Origin: a virus
Taxonomy: Duplodnaviria; Caudoviricetes
IMG/VR virus record: IMGVR_UViG_3300009605_000029
Coordinates: 1-54,839 of that record
Direction: 5' to 3' (one strand)
Length of the DNA: 54,839 nucleotides
The notes beneath the pieces were generated by a model that was given only the letters and a program-made list of their open reading frames with translations, was not told the DNA's origin and did no database searches. The position numbers were made by a program, and so were the translations under genes. Below are positions 34,915-43,278 of the stretch, piece after piece. The first letter of the stretch is position 1, and every line of letters begins with the position of its first letter.

Positions 34915-37900
34915 TTATTCGGAAGGTTTCTCAGGCTCGACAATCACACGACCTTCGCTATCAGTCCACTTGGTATCTATCATATGCTGATCACACCGTT
35001 CAGCTACAACCATCCAGCTTACGGTGTCGCTGGAACTCGCCTCAGAACATTCTATGGTGAGCGTACTGCCACTAACCGAACCCCTGACTGCATCCCATCC
35101 CGAATCGTTCTGAATCCACACCTGTGGGTCACGGCAGAGTAGATCCCAAGTCCCCGCGCTCATGCCAGCAGCCTCATCCAGATCCACGGTCGCGGAACCA
35201 CTAGAAAGTGCAATCTCGCCACGATACCAGAGATCCGCTCTTGGACCCTCATGGAAGCTGTGAACGAGATGGTGGGTGTCTTTTTTGTCCGGTAATGGAT
35301 GGTCGATCTTGAAAGATCCTGATGCCTTCGACACAGACCCCTGAAAAGTGGCCGCCTGTGTGAAGATGGTCTCATCCACCATGATGTTTATTTGGCGCAC
35401 ACCATTCGCCACAATCTCTATCTTATTATCTTCGTACTCTTCCAAATACGTATGGGTACCCCCGTCTAAGAACAGAGACTTTCCCGATTTGACTGCGACA
35501 TTACCAGACGCATCTACCGTGAATTGGGTAGTCAGTGTCGCCGCCGCGCCCCCCGTACCCGAAGCGGCATTCGCAAAGGTCAACACGCCAGCTTCCTGTT
35601 TTATATAGCTGGCTTGATTGGTTTCGATGTAGGCGAAAGCTCCAGTATCGGAATCTAGGTAGAGATTGTCGGTGAGGAACATTCCGTCGATGCCACCAGC
35701 ACCAGTATCGTTGTCGGAGTAAAGGGAGCCTTTCTCCCCTAAGAAAATATGCGACCATGCACTATGGAGATCTGACCTCAGGGTTGTCCCGACAGCAAGA
35801 TCGCCAGCGATGGTCACATCTGGCGTAGAAGCATTACTGAGCGTGAGTCCGACATTGGATCCGAGAGTGCCGTTGCGTCCTAGAACCCAGTCGCCCGTGG
35901 TGCGGTCGATACCACAAGCCCACTCAATTTGCCCCTCAGTCTCAAAATTGATCTGCACATCGTCGGCTGCATTCGTGCCGGAGTTGTGTAGATCCAATCC
36001 CACCGAACCCGTGCCGCCATCCTTCTTCAGGGCAATTCCACTCGTATCGCTGGCGGTCCCCACACAGAGGTTGCCAGCTAGGGTAACCAGACCTACCTCG
36101 GTCACCGTCAGCCAGTCCGTTGTGGATCGGCGCAACTTCCATTTGTCGCTGTCTGAATTATCAACATACGCTTGCCACGTAGTCGCCCCAGTAAGCGTCC
36201 AGCCCAATACGGCATCACCTGTACCATCTTGTTCAATCAGTAACTGGGTTTCTGCTGTCGAAGCACTGCTGTTGTCTACATAGACCTTTGCCGTACCGCC
36301 TAGATGGGTCGCGCCAGCTTGTACCCAAAGCGAAGCATTGCTGTCGCCCTCAGTGGGTGCGGCATGGATGTAAAGTGAGGTCGCAATGTCAGGCTTCCCG
36401 CTACTAGCCAAGTTGTTTGTGATATTGGGTTCAGCAATCCTGACCTGAGATACGACGGTGATATTGGTATTAGTCCCTTGGGTGGTGATAGCGTTATCGA
36501 AGAATGTTCCAGATAGATAGTCCGTATCTCCCACCGCTCCGGTGATCGTGCCGCCGAAGAAGGTGCCTATTGCTACTGAGTCTGATCCGTCGCTGGTAAA
36601 CGCTCCCAGAAGTCTGAGGCGGTAAGCTCCGTGAGTGGACCCACCTATCACATGGGGTCCGGTACCTGAGACAACGATCTCGCCAGCAACAGTGAGATCA
36701 GCAGTCACCTTGGTAGCTAAGCTGTCATTTCCTAATAATATGATATTAGAGCTATTTAATGTGAGTATATCCCTCGCCGTACCCCCCGACTCCTTCATCT
36801 TGATCGCTACATTATTCGACATCTGGAAAGTGCCAGCCTTGAGTTCCAGATTTCCCGCATTAGTGAACTCTAATTTGTTGGCCCCGTCAGATGTCTCGAA
36901 GACCACTAGCTCTTCGTTCTGCGTCGAATGTCCTTGTACGAGAAGCTGAATTTGGTCCGCCGTACCGTTAATAAAAACCTGTTTGTTCACGCTGAAAGCG
37001 AGTTGGCTGTGGTCCCAAATCAGCTTGCCACCATTCGACTGACCAGACATATCAATGATGGTGTGATCTTCGTCTGATCCACTGTTGATGTAGATACCAC
37101 CAGTGGCAGTGGATCCGTATAAGGTAAGGATCGTATTCGGAGTTGCGGTTCCCAGCCCAACCTTATTATTACCACCATCGACAAAGAGCATATTGGCATT
37201 GCCATTGCTCTCTACTCTAAAGTCTACATCGGCAGAAGCTTCATTGAATACTGCACCAGCATTTACGGTAAGTGTACTGCCCAATGTGAGCGTACTAGCC
37301 ATGTCCACAGCACCGTCAATATCTACCACATCTAAATTGGTAGTTCCGTCTACATCTAGGTCGCCCGCTAAGTCGATTCCCGCAGCACCTGCTAGAACTA
37401 GATCATCGGCAGATGCGTCCCAGAGCATATAGGCACTAGCGGTAGCTCCGAAAAATTTGACATCATATCCGGTGTCATCAACGCCAACCGTAACTCCTGC
37501 ATCAATTTGCACTGCGCCGTCAATGTCAACGGCGTCCAAGTTCGTAGTACCGTCTACGTCCAAGTCCCCTGCTAAGTCAATTCCTGCGGCCCCCGCTAAA
37601 ACTAAGTCGTCAGCAGATGCGTCCCAAAGCATATAAGCACTGGCGGTGGCCCCAAATAATTTGACATCATATCCAGTATCATCGACACCAACCGTAACCG
37701 TTGAATCAATCTGTACTGCACCGTCAATATCAACTGCGTCTAAGTTCGTAGTGCCATCTACGTCTAGGTCGCCTGCTAGGTCAATTCCTGCCGCACCTGC
37801 TAATACCAAGTCATCGGCAGACGTATCCCATAGCATGTAAGCACTGGCTGTATCACCAAAGAATTTGACATCGTACCCAGTATCGTCAGCACCAACCGTA

Positions 37901-38445
37901 ATTGTTGAATCAACCTGTACCGCGCCATCAATGTCTACTGCATCTAGGTTGGTGGTGCCGTCTACATCTAAATTGCCGTTAAAGTCTACGTTACCCGCTA
38001 CAGTGAGTGTGGCACTCAACTCCAGATCAGCGAGCGCATCAAGGACAGCCGCCCCAGATCCGGCACCATCGGTGAAGATTGCCGAAACATTGCCATTACC
38101 GATTGTAATGTTGGCCCCGGAACCCTGACTGATAATGATGTTTTGAGAGCCGCTTGTTGCGTTCTCAATGATCCAGAACTTGTTGATGGTATTTGGTGCC
38201 AAAGTGATGGTACACGCCGAATCCAGTGTACCCGTATACTTCATATATATGGCACGGCCTTCGTCAGCCGAACCGTCCGCTATAGTAGTAGTATGCGTAT
38301 CGGCGTTGGTCGTGATGGCTTCGGTGCCAGAACCGAAAGCATCCGCTATAAGCTCTAGGTTCGTGTTGGTAGAGGTGCCCCAAGTACCTGATTCGGCACC
38401 TGTAGCAATTTCCTTCAGTCTCAAATTATTGACGTATGTTGCCAT
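34915..38445 (-). CDS. Tail fibre/receptor-binding protein
   Basis: N-terminal anchor MATYVNNLRLKEIATGAESGTWG, 68-aa internal repeats, beta-rich modules, C-terminal GSVSKASGSFKIDHPL...HSFHEGP...YRG domain. Confidence 0.85.
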   Translation of the reverse strand: MATYVNNLRLKEIATGAESGTWGTSTNTNLELIADAFGSGTEAITTNADTHTTTIADGSADEGRAIYMKYTGTLDSACTITLAPNTINKFWIIENATSGSQNIIISQGSGANITIGNGNVSAIFTDGAGSGAAVLDALADLELSATLTVAGNVDFNGNLDVDGTTNLDAVDIDGAVQVDSTITVGADDTGYDVKFFGDTASAYMLWDTSADDLVLAGAAGIDLAGDLDVDGTTNLDAVDIDGAVQIDSTVTVGVDDTGYDVKLFGATASAYMLWDASADDLVLAGAAGIDLAGDLDVDGTTNLDAVDIDGAVQIDAGVTVGVDDTGYDVKFFGATASAYMLWDASADDLVLAGAAGIDLAGDLDVDGTTNLDVVDIDGAVDMASTLTLGSTLTVNAGAVFNEASADVDFRVESNGNANMLFVDGGNNKVGLGTATPNTILTLYGSTATGGIYINSGSDEDHTIIDMSGQSNGGKLIWDHSQLAFSVNKQVFINGTADQIQLLVQGHSTQNEELVVFETSDGANKLEFTNAGNLELKAGTFQMSNNVAIKMKESGGTARDILTLNSSNIILLGNDSLATKVTADLTVAGEIVVSGTGPHVIGGSTHGAYRLRLLGAFTSDGSDSVAIGTFFGGTITGAVGDTDYLSGTFFDNAITTQGTNTNITVVSQVRIAEPNITNNLASSGKPDIATSLYIHAAPTEGDSNASLWVQAGATHLGGTAKVYVDNSSASTAETQLLIEQDGTGDAVLGWTLTGATTWQAYVDNSDSDKWKLRRSTTDWLTVTEVGLVTLAGNLCVGTASDTSGIALKKDGGTGSVGLDLHNSGTNAADDVQINFETEGQIEWACGIDRTTGDWVLGRNGTLGSNVGLTLSNASTPDVTIAGDLAVGTTLRSDLHSAWSHIFLGEKGSLYSDNDTGAGGIDGMFLTDNLYLDSDTGAFAYIETNQASYIKQEAGVLTFANAASGTGGAAATLTTQFTVDASGNVAVKSGKSLFLDGGTHTYLEEYEDNKIEIVANGVRQINIMVDETIFTQAATFQGSVSKASGSFKIDHPLPDKKDTHHLVHSFHEGPRADLWYRGEIALSSGSATVDLDEAAGMSAGTWDLLCRDPQVWIQNDSGWDAVRGSVSGSTLTIECSEASSSDTVSWMVVAERCDQHMIDTKWTDSEGRVIVEPEKPSE
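37305..37975 (-). repeat. 204-bp (68-aa) coding tandem repeat, about 3.3 copies, in the tail fibre
   Basis: Unit DLDVDGTTNLDAVDIDGAVQIDSTVTVGVDDTGYDVKFFGATASAYMLWDASADDLVLAGAAGIDLAG. Confidence 0.92.
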
Positions 38446-38462
38446 TTTTTATTCCTAACGTC

Positions 38463-39227
38463 TTATGAGGGCACAACTTCCCAATCAGGCGTCTGCGAAT
38501 CGGATACCCCAGACCAACCCGGTGTCTGTGCATCATCTACGGCAGCCCAGTCTGGTGTTTGTGAATCTGATACCTCTGACCAGCCCGGTGTCTGTGAATC
38601 ATCTATCGCTCCCCAATCTGGCGTCTGAGAATCATCTATGATGCTCCATACATTGACCCCAGTTATTCCCGTTGTTCCTACCACACCCGTTACGTCGATA
38701 TTCTGACTAACGCTCGTCGTAACGCTTCCTACCGCACTCGTTCCCGCCAGCCCCGTAACAGTGACACTTGCATCTCCTGTCACCGTTACCGAACCCAACC
38801 CACCAGTTGCAGCAATTCCGGTCAGGGTAACATTTGCATCAGCCGTTACCGTTACCGAACCAAGTGCGCTTGTCCCCGCCACTCCCGTGACTGTGAGATT
38901 CGCGTCACCTGTTACTGTTACTGAGCCAACCGCAGCCGTTCCAGCACTGCCCGTCGCCGTAACACTAGCCGTACCTGTTACGGTGACGCTTCCTACTGCT
39001 CCCGTTGCCGCCAAACCAGTGGCGGAAACACTTGCATCTACGGTTATCGTGACCGATCCTACCGATCCGGTAGCCGCCAATCCCGTTTCGGTAACATTAG
39101 CATCGCCCGTTACCGTAACGCTTCCAACACCACCAGTTGCCGCTATACCCGTTACTTCAACGGGTACTGGCTCACCCCAAGTACCGGAGCCCCAAGTAGA
39201 TCGGCCCCAGCCAGTTACATTTGCCAT
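38463..39227 (-). CDS. Val/Thr/Gly-rich repeat virion protein
   Basis: N-terminal GWGRSTWGSGTWG, about seven 21-aa VTGxAATGxVGSVTVTGDAxV repeats, five 11-aa xxDSQTPxW repeats. Confidence 0.7.
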   Translation of the reverse strand: MANVTGWGRSTWGSGTWGEPVPVEVTGIAATGGVGSVTVTGDANVTETGLAATGSVGSVTITVDASVSATGLAATGAVGSVTVTGTASVTATGSAGTAAVGSVTVTGDANLTVTGVAGTSALGSVTVTADANVTLTGIAATGGLGSVTVTGDASVTVTGLAGTSAVGSVTTSVSQNIDVTGVVGTTGITGVNVWSIIDDSQTPDWGAIDDSQTPGWSEVSDSQTPDWAAVDDAQTPGWSGVSDSQTPDWEVVPS

Positions 39228-39228
39228 A

Positions 39229-39660
39229 CTACGCTATACGAATAATCGCGTTACTCGCGTCTGCCGCAGGAAAAGCGATAGTAAACGTACCAGCGGTGGC
39301 AGTTTTATCTGCGCCGAAATCCAGAACGAGAACCGAAGTATCACCAGTGGTATCTTCGTTGAAGATCAAAGCACCCCTAGCAGTAAACGTCGCCGTAGAC
39401 CACGAAGTATCAGCAAAATCGGTAAGGGCAGTGGTTCCACTGCTGGAAGGGTCTACCCGCGTAAGCGTGTTGCCCTTGGCAGTGTAATTCGTGCCACTGA
39501 TTTCGTTGCTTGTGGAATACGCTGTGGTAGAAGCACTCATGGTCGCACTACTAGTATAGAGCGCAATCTTGAATGTATTACCACCGGAATTGAGGAAATT
39601 ATGCTTCGCCTCCAGCAATTCCTTCTTGAAAGACGTACACATCGCCTGAGTAATAGCCAT
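39229..39660 (-). CDS. Conserved virion structural protein
   Basis: MAITQAMCTSFKKELL...FKIALYT...VLDFGADKT...FTIAFP pattern. Confidence 0.7.
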   Translation of the reverse strand: MAITQAMCTSFKKELLEAKHNFLNSGGNTFKIALYTSSATMSASTTAYSTSNEISGTNYTAKGNTLTRVDPSSSGTTALTDFADTSWSTATFTARGALIFNEDTTGDTSVLVLDFGADKTATAGTFTIAFPAADASNAIIRIA

Positions 39661-39938
39661 TACAACTTCTCCACGGAGTTGGCTAAATCATGTTGGTCAG
39701 CTAACCGCAATAACATGACCACCTTGGAACGATCTTCCTTGATCGCTTCTTTAATATAAAAATTAACAGTGTGATACACCTGAGCCTTAAATGCCAACGC
39801 TTGTTCCGCAATAGCAGGAAGTGTGCTCTCCCCTACACTAATAATTCGATCAGTAGCACGTTGCGCCCAATGTTCAGGTGGCAAATGACAATTCTTCGTA
39901 GTAGTTACCGTAACGTCCCCAATCTCTCCGTTGATCAT
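39660..39938 (-). CDS. Conserved phage hypothetical protein
   Basis: Translationally coupled on both sides. Confidence 0.6.
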   Translation of the reverse strand: MINGEIGDVTVTTTKNCHLPPEHWAQRATDRIISVGESTLPAIAEQALAFKAQVYHTVNFYIKEAIKEDRSKVVMLLRLADQHDLANSVEKL

Positions 39939-40582
39939 TCGGCTGCCACCATCTGGGGCGATACCCTTATGGTGCCATCCCTATATTCATCGCCAGTCAT
40001 TCGTCCCTCAGCCTGTAGTTTCAAGAACCCCAACGCTTCCTGGTATCTCTGTTGGTATAGCTGCATCATATCTGCATCACCCTTCATGTAGGTATACGCC
40101 TCAACCAAACAGCCATAGAGCAAAACCGTATCGGCATTGGTGCCCAACCAAGACGGACTCGTAGTAACGATTGAAGCTGGCTGATAATAATAGTGAAGCT
40201 CCGTGACGAAATCGGCGTTAGGCGTAGGCCCTACAATGAACGTATCACTGGCAAATATGCCATAATACTTTGGCACCCCTTCCGTGGACGCATTGGGATA
40301 CGTCGATCTGATAAAGTTTGCATCCTTATTCAATAAAAATATTTGGTTACTGGAACTTGTAATCGCCAATGACAGTGGAAACAAAAAGTCGGTAGGCATC
40401 GCCAGATATTGATTACCATCGGTAATCGTACCAGCAACATTTTTACGATTTACAGGCAGATTAACCGAACGATAAATACGCTGTTCGGCTTGTTTAATAA
40501 ATGTATCAATAGCAGCTACAAAATTTGTTTCTGTATTGTCGCAATAATCTTTGATAGCCGCAGTCAATTCAGCGTAGGTCAT
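39935..40582 (-). CDS. Head-tail adaptor (tail tubular A-like)
   Basis: MTYAELTAAIKDY...FIKQAEQRIYR...GVPKYY...VGPTP...LLYGCLVEAYTYMK. Confidence 0.72.
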   Translation of the reverse strand: MTYAELTAAIKDYCDNTETNFVAAIDTFIKQAEQRIYRSVNLPVNRKNVAGTITDGNQYLAMPTDFLFPLSLAITSSSNQIFLLNKDANFIRSTYPNASTEGVPKYYGIFASDTFIVGPTPNADFVTELHYYYQPASIVTTSPSWLGTNADTVLLYGCLVEAYTYMKGDADMMQLYQQRYQEALGFLKLQAEGRMTGDEYRDGTIRVSPQMVAAE

Positions 40583-40914
40583 GTAGTCACCTTCACGGTA
40601 CCCACCCGCCCATGTGCCAAAATATTACCCGATCCATCCGCATCCCCGTTTCCTACGGGATCGAATGCCGAAAGTCTTCTACTAGCATCCTGGGATAAAT
40701 CAGGACGTGGATCTCTAATGGCCTGTGGATCAGCATAATCGCCAAGCCTACCAAGAAAATTCTGCGGTTGATCTTTGTCCAGCATGTCCCTTCCCACCAT
40801 CAGACCCGTCATGCGACCAGCTTTAATTTGTGGAACCAAATCCTTGAGCTTGTAGCGAAATCCGGTACGGTCGCAAAATCCAAACGCATATTTGCCTTTA
40901 GCAAACTTGGCCAT
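40579..40914 (-). CDS. Conserved phage protein
   Basis: GKYAFGFCDRTGFRY...DQPQ...DPQAIRDPRPD. Confidence 0.65.
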   Translation of the reverse strand: MAKFAKGKYAFGFCDRTGFRYKLKDLVPQIKAGRMTGLMVGRDMLDKDQPQNFLGRLGDYADPQAIRDPRPDLSQDASRRLSAFDPVGNGDADGSGNILAHGRVGTVKVTT

Positions 40915-41591
40915 CAGCTATAGCCCCCAGGCACAAAATGTACCGAAGCACGATCACGATCCTCTTGTTGGGCCAAATCCCACTGAAACTCATATTCAGC
41001 TTTGAGTTCCGGTGACCGCACGAACGCTTCGGGATACTTCTGTGATATCATAAAGGCGAGACCGGACACGAGTGCCGGGAGGAAACGGGCAGGAACGTCA
41101 GGATCATTTGATCCTACGACACCCGTATCCTCAATACGTCGAATACGCTGATAGACGAACGTGTAATCTTTGTTGGGGGTGGGCCATAGGTACACAACCG
41201 GAGCAGCACGTTGCTTGTCGATATACAAGTTTACGGGACGCCCTTCGGTGAGCTTATTCGGAATTGTGGAATACTGAGATACGCTAAATCGCGACAGCGG
41301 CAAATCACTCTGCGTAGTACCAGATCCATCGCGGATCCAATGCTGAATCAAATCTACAGTATCTGCTGGCAATGTAATCGTGGAGGTACTATCCGATGCG
41401 GTGGCAGTCCCCTGTTCTACGGTCCAAAAATTAAGACCACGATTTGCCCACTCAAGAGATAACAAATTCAACGACCGACGAGCCGTATCCATATCATAGC
41501 CCGTCTTCGACTGAAGCCCACATCGCTCAAACGCCTCTTCTACAACCTCCGAAACTTCAAGATTGAATGTAGCAGTTCCAGATGTAGCCAT
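40914..41591 (-). CDS. Head-to-tail adaptor-like protein
   Basis: MATSGTATFNL..EVVEEAFERCG...ARRSLNLL..EWANRG...GRP...LWPTP; start 41591 coupled to the upstream stop. Confidence 0.7.
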   Translation of the reverse strand: MATSGTATFNLEVSEVVEEAFERCGLQSKTGYDMDTARRSLNLLSLEWANRGLNFWTVEQGTATASDSTSTITLPADTVDLIQHWIRDGSGTTQSDLPLSRFSVSQYSTIPNKLTEGRPVNLYIDKQRAAPVVYLWPTPNKDYTFVYQRIRRIEDTGVVGSNDPDVPARFLPALVSGLAFMISQKYPEAFVRSPELKAEYEFQWDLAQQEDRDRASVHFVPGGYS

Positions 41592-41899
41592 CAGTTTGAA
41601 TCCGGTTCGGGACACCCAAACTTTTCACGTACGGATTCCTTATAGGAAACAACTCCACCTCCTGCCAACTTTGGTGTTTTGGATCCGTTACCGACCATCC
41701 CCTTAGCTCTCATATGAGACAGATCGGCGAGATTCGTATTTTTAGCCACCACTTTTTTGAGCATACCTCCACTAATTTGCCCACCAGCAGCATAACTTGC
41801 AGCAATAGCTTTGGCCTGCTCTCTGTTTGTAACCTTATCGCCGGAACCCGACTTGAGGATGCCTGCCTTAAATTTGGACATAACCTCATCTGCTGGCAT
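41591..41899 (-). CDS. Small basic protein (DUF6496-like N-terminus) with xAxGG motifs
   Basis: VMSKFKAGILKSGSGDKVTNREQAKAIA; YAAGG and LAGGG. Confidence 0.62.
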   Translation of the reverse strand: MPADEVMSKFKAGILKSGSGDKVTNREQAKAIAASYAAGGQISGGMLKKVVAKNTNLADLSHMRAKGMVGNGSKTPKLAGGGVVSYKESVREKFGCPEPDSN

Positions 41900-41901
41900 A
41901 A

Positions 41902-42090
41902 TTAAAATGCCTTCCAGTTCGGATACTTCTTGGCGATACGACTCGTATATCCACGCTCATCTGCGTGATCAGGATAATTTTCGGCAATCCTGCTGGTGTA
42001 GCCCCAGAAATGATCTTCTTCCGCTTTCTTTTCCGCAATCTCGTTATACGTTGGAACTTTTGCGGTCGGGTTTTTCGAGTCTTCAGCCAT
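41902..42090 (-). CDS. Hypothetical protein with duplicated GYTSRIAxxYP motif
   Basis: GAGG RBS; TAATG coupling. Confidence 0.55.
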   Translation of the reverse strand: MAEDSKNPTAKVPTYNEIAEKKAEEDHFWGYTSRIAENYPDHADERGYTSRIAKKYPNWKAF

Positions 42091-42485
42091 TAGTAACTCT
42101 TCCTCATCGCCATCATAATGGTATAACGATCACCACTTGAATGGCCTGTAGTGGTAAAATTTACATCCCCGGTTGGGCTAGATGCATTGTTTATAAGTGG
42201 GCCAGCCTGCCGAAAATCATAAAAACCGTAGCCACTGAGCGTCCAGCAGATAACATCAGTGCTGGCGTCCCAAAGAATGTCTACGGTCATACCGGAACAG
42301 TCATACCACATCTGCTGGATTGTTACTCCGTCGCAGGCTCTTCCGGTGCCGGATTCGGCTTGGAGGGCGGATACATCGACCTTCGTAACTGCGGATTCAC
42401 CACTACCATCAGAGATATTGGTGAATTTCATAACGGCGGTACGGTCGCCGTCTTGGATCGTTTGAGATGTTACTGCGTCAGCCAT
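42090..42485 (-). CDS. Conserved virion-associated protein
   Basis: MADAVTSQTIQDG...KFTNISDGSGESAVTKVDVSAL. Confidence 0.65.
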   Translation of the reverse strand: MADAVTSQTIQDGDRTAVMKFTNISDGSGESAVTKVDVSALQAESGTGRACDGVTIQQMWYDCSGMTVDILWDASTDVICWTLSGYGFYDFRQAGPLINNASSPTGDVNFTTTGHSSGDRYTIMMAMRKSY

Positions 42486-42531
42486 CTGATTCTCCCCGCG
42501 AGGACAGGACTCCTAGCCCCGCTCGCAATAG

Positions 42532-42571
42532 GAGATACGACCACCCACCCGTAGATGGGTGGTCTTATCTC
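42532..42571 (-). terminator. Strong intergenic hairpin (terminator or processing site)
   Basis: gagata-c-gaccaccca / tgggtggtc-t-tatctc inverted repeat; no long U-tract. Confidence 0.45.
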
Positions 42572-42589
42572 AATTTAACAAATCATCTC

Positions 42590-43111
42590 CTACTGATCGG
42601 AAAATGCAGGTACATCTGCACCTTCCTGATGACCCCAGATAATCCAATTCGTTGAATCCTTAGCCAGAATATTGATTTCAAACAAACCAAAATCCGTAAG
42701 AGTCAATATAGAATTTGAATTACCGTCAGCATACACAGAAACATTATCTGCGTTGGAATCCAAATGAATGATACCACCGATGTAGAAATTGGTATCGGAA
42801 CCCGTATCAAAGGCGACATTTTCAGTCTCTTCTGCCGCACCACCATAAATGAACTTGAACCACACTCCCGCCGTAGGCGACGGAAGAGTGATCGTCCGGT
42901 TTCCACCAATTGCCGGAACAACATTGATCCTACCACCATTAGCAGTGGCGGTCAGGGTATTATTTGCATCATCCAACGTAATGGGAGTAACCTGCAATCC
43001 CGATCCGTCTAGGCTGAATTCCGTTGTGAATGCACCAGTTGTCGAACTTTTCGATACTACATCGAATCCATCTTCGGATCTGACTGCACCCGAAAAAGTT
43101 GTGTTAGCCAT
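42590..43111 (-). CDS. Putative capsid decoration/minor structural protein
   Basis: MANTTFSGAVRSEDGF N-terminus; beta-rich; directly downstream of the major capsid gene. Confidence 0.6.
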   Translation of the reverse strand: MANTTFSGAVRSEDGFDVVSKSSTTGAFTTEFSLDGSGLQVTPITLDDANNTLTATANGGRINVVPAIGGNRTITLPSPTAGVWFKFIYGGAAEETENVAFDTGSDTNFYIGGIIHLDSNADNVSVYADGNSNSILTLTDFGLFEINILAKDSTNWIIWGHQEGADVPAFSDQ

Positions 43112-43118
43112 GATTTTA

Positions 43119-43192
43119 CCTTTTTACGAAAGGATTCGTCCCGAAGTCGTCGTAACGTCTGCTGGGCCAGTCTTCGGGACTATGTGTCCCAG
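43119..43192 (-). ncRNA. Candidate double-pseudoknot cis-RNA upstream of the post-capsid gene
   Basis: Three perfect, sequentially crossing helices: 43188-43192 with 43162-43166, 43172-43180 with 43138-43146, 43150-43155 with 43124-43129. Confidence 0.5.
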
Positions 43193-43270
43193 AATAAGAT
43201 AAGGGGCGGAGGCGACCAATCACGAGCCAGCTAGTAGCCACGCGAAAGTATGCGAATCGCCTCCACCCTC
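43193..43270 (-). terminator. Long GC-rich stem after the capsid stop codon, terminator-like
   Basis: GGGUGGAGGCGA / UCGCCUCCGCCC stem followed by UUAUCUUAUU on the minus strand. Confidence 0.5.
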
Positions 43271-43278
43271 TATCTATC

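Noticed and set aside
34915-38445. Diversity-generating retroelement targeting the tail fibre
   Set aside because: No reverse transcriptase and no template/variable repeat pair differing only at adenines were seen.
38761-39759. 332-aa + strand ORF with VTVT repeats
   Set aside because: Mirror of the minus-strand Val/Thr repeat gene (GTN and ACN codons are reverse complements); the minus-strand genes are tightly coupled in the operon.
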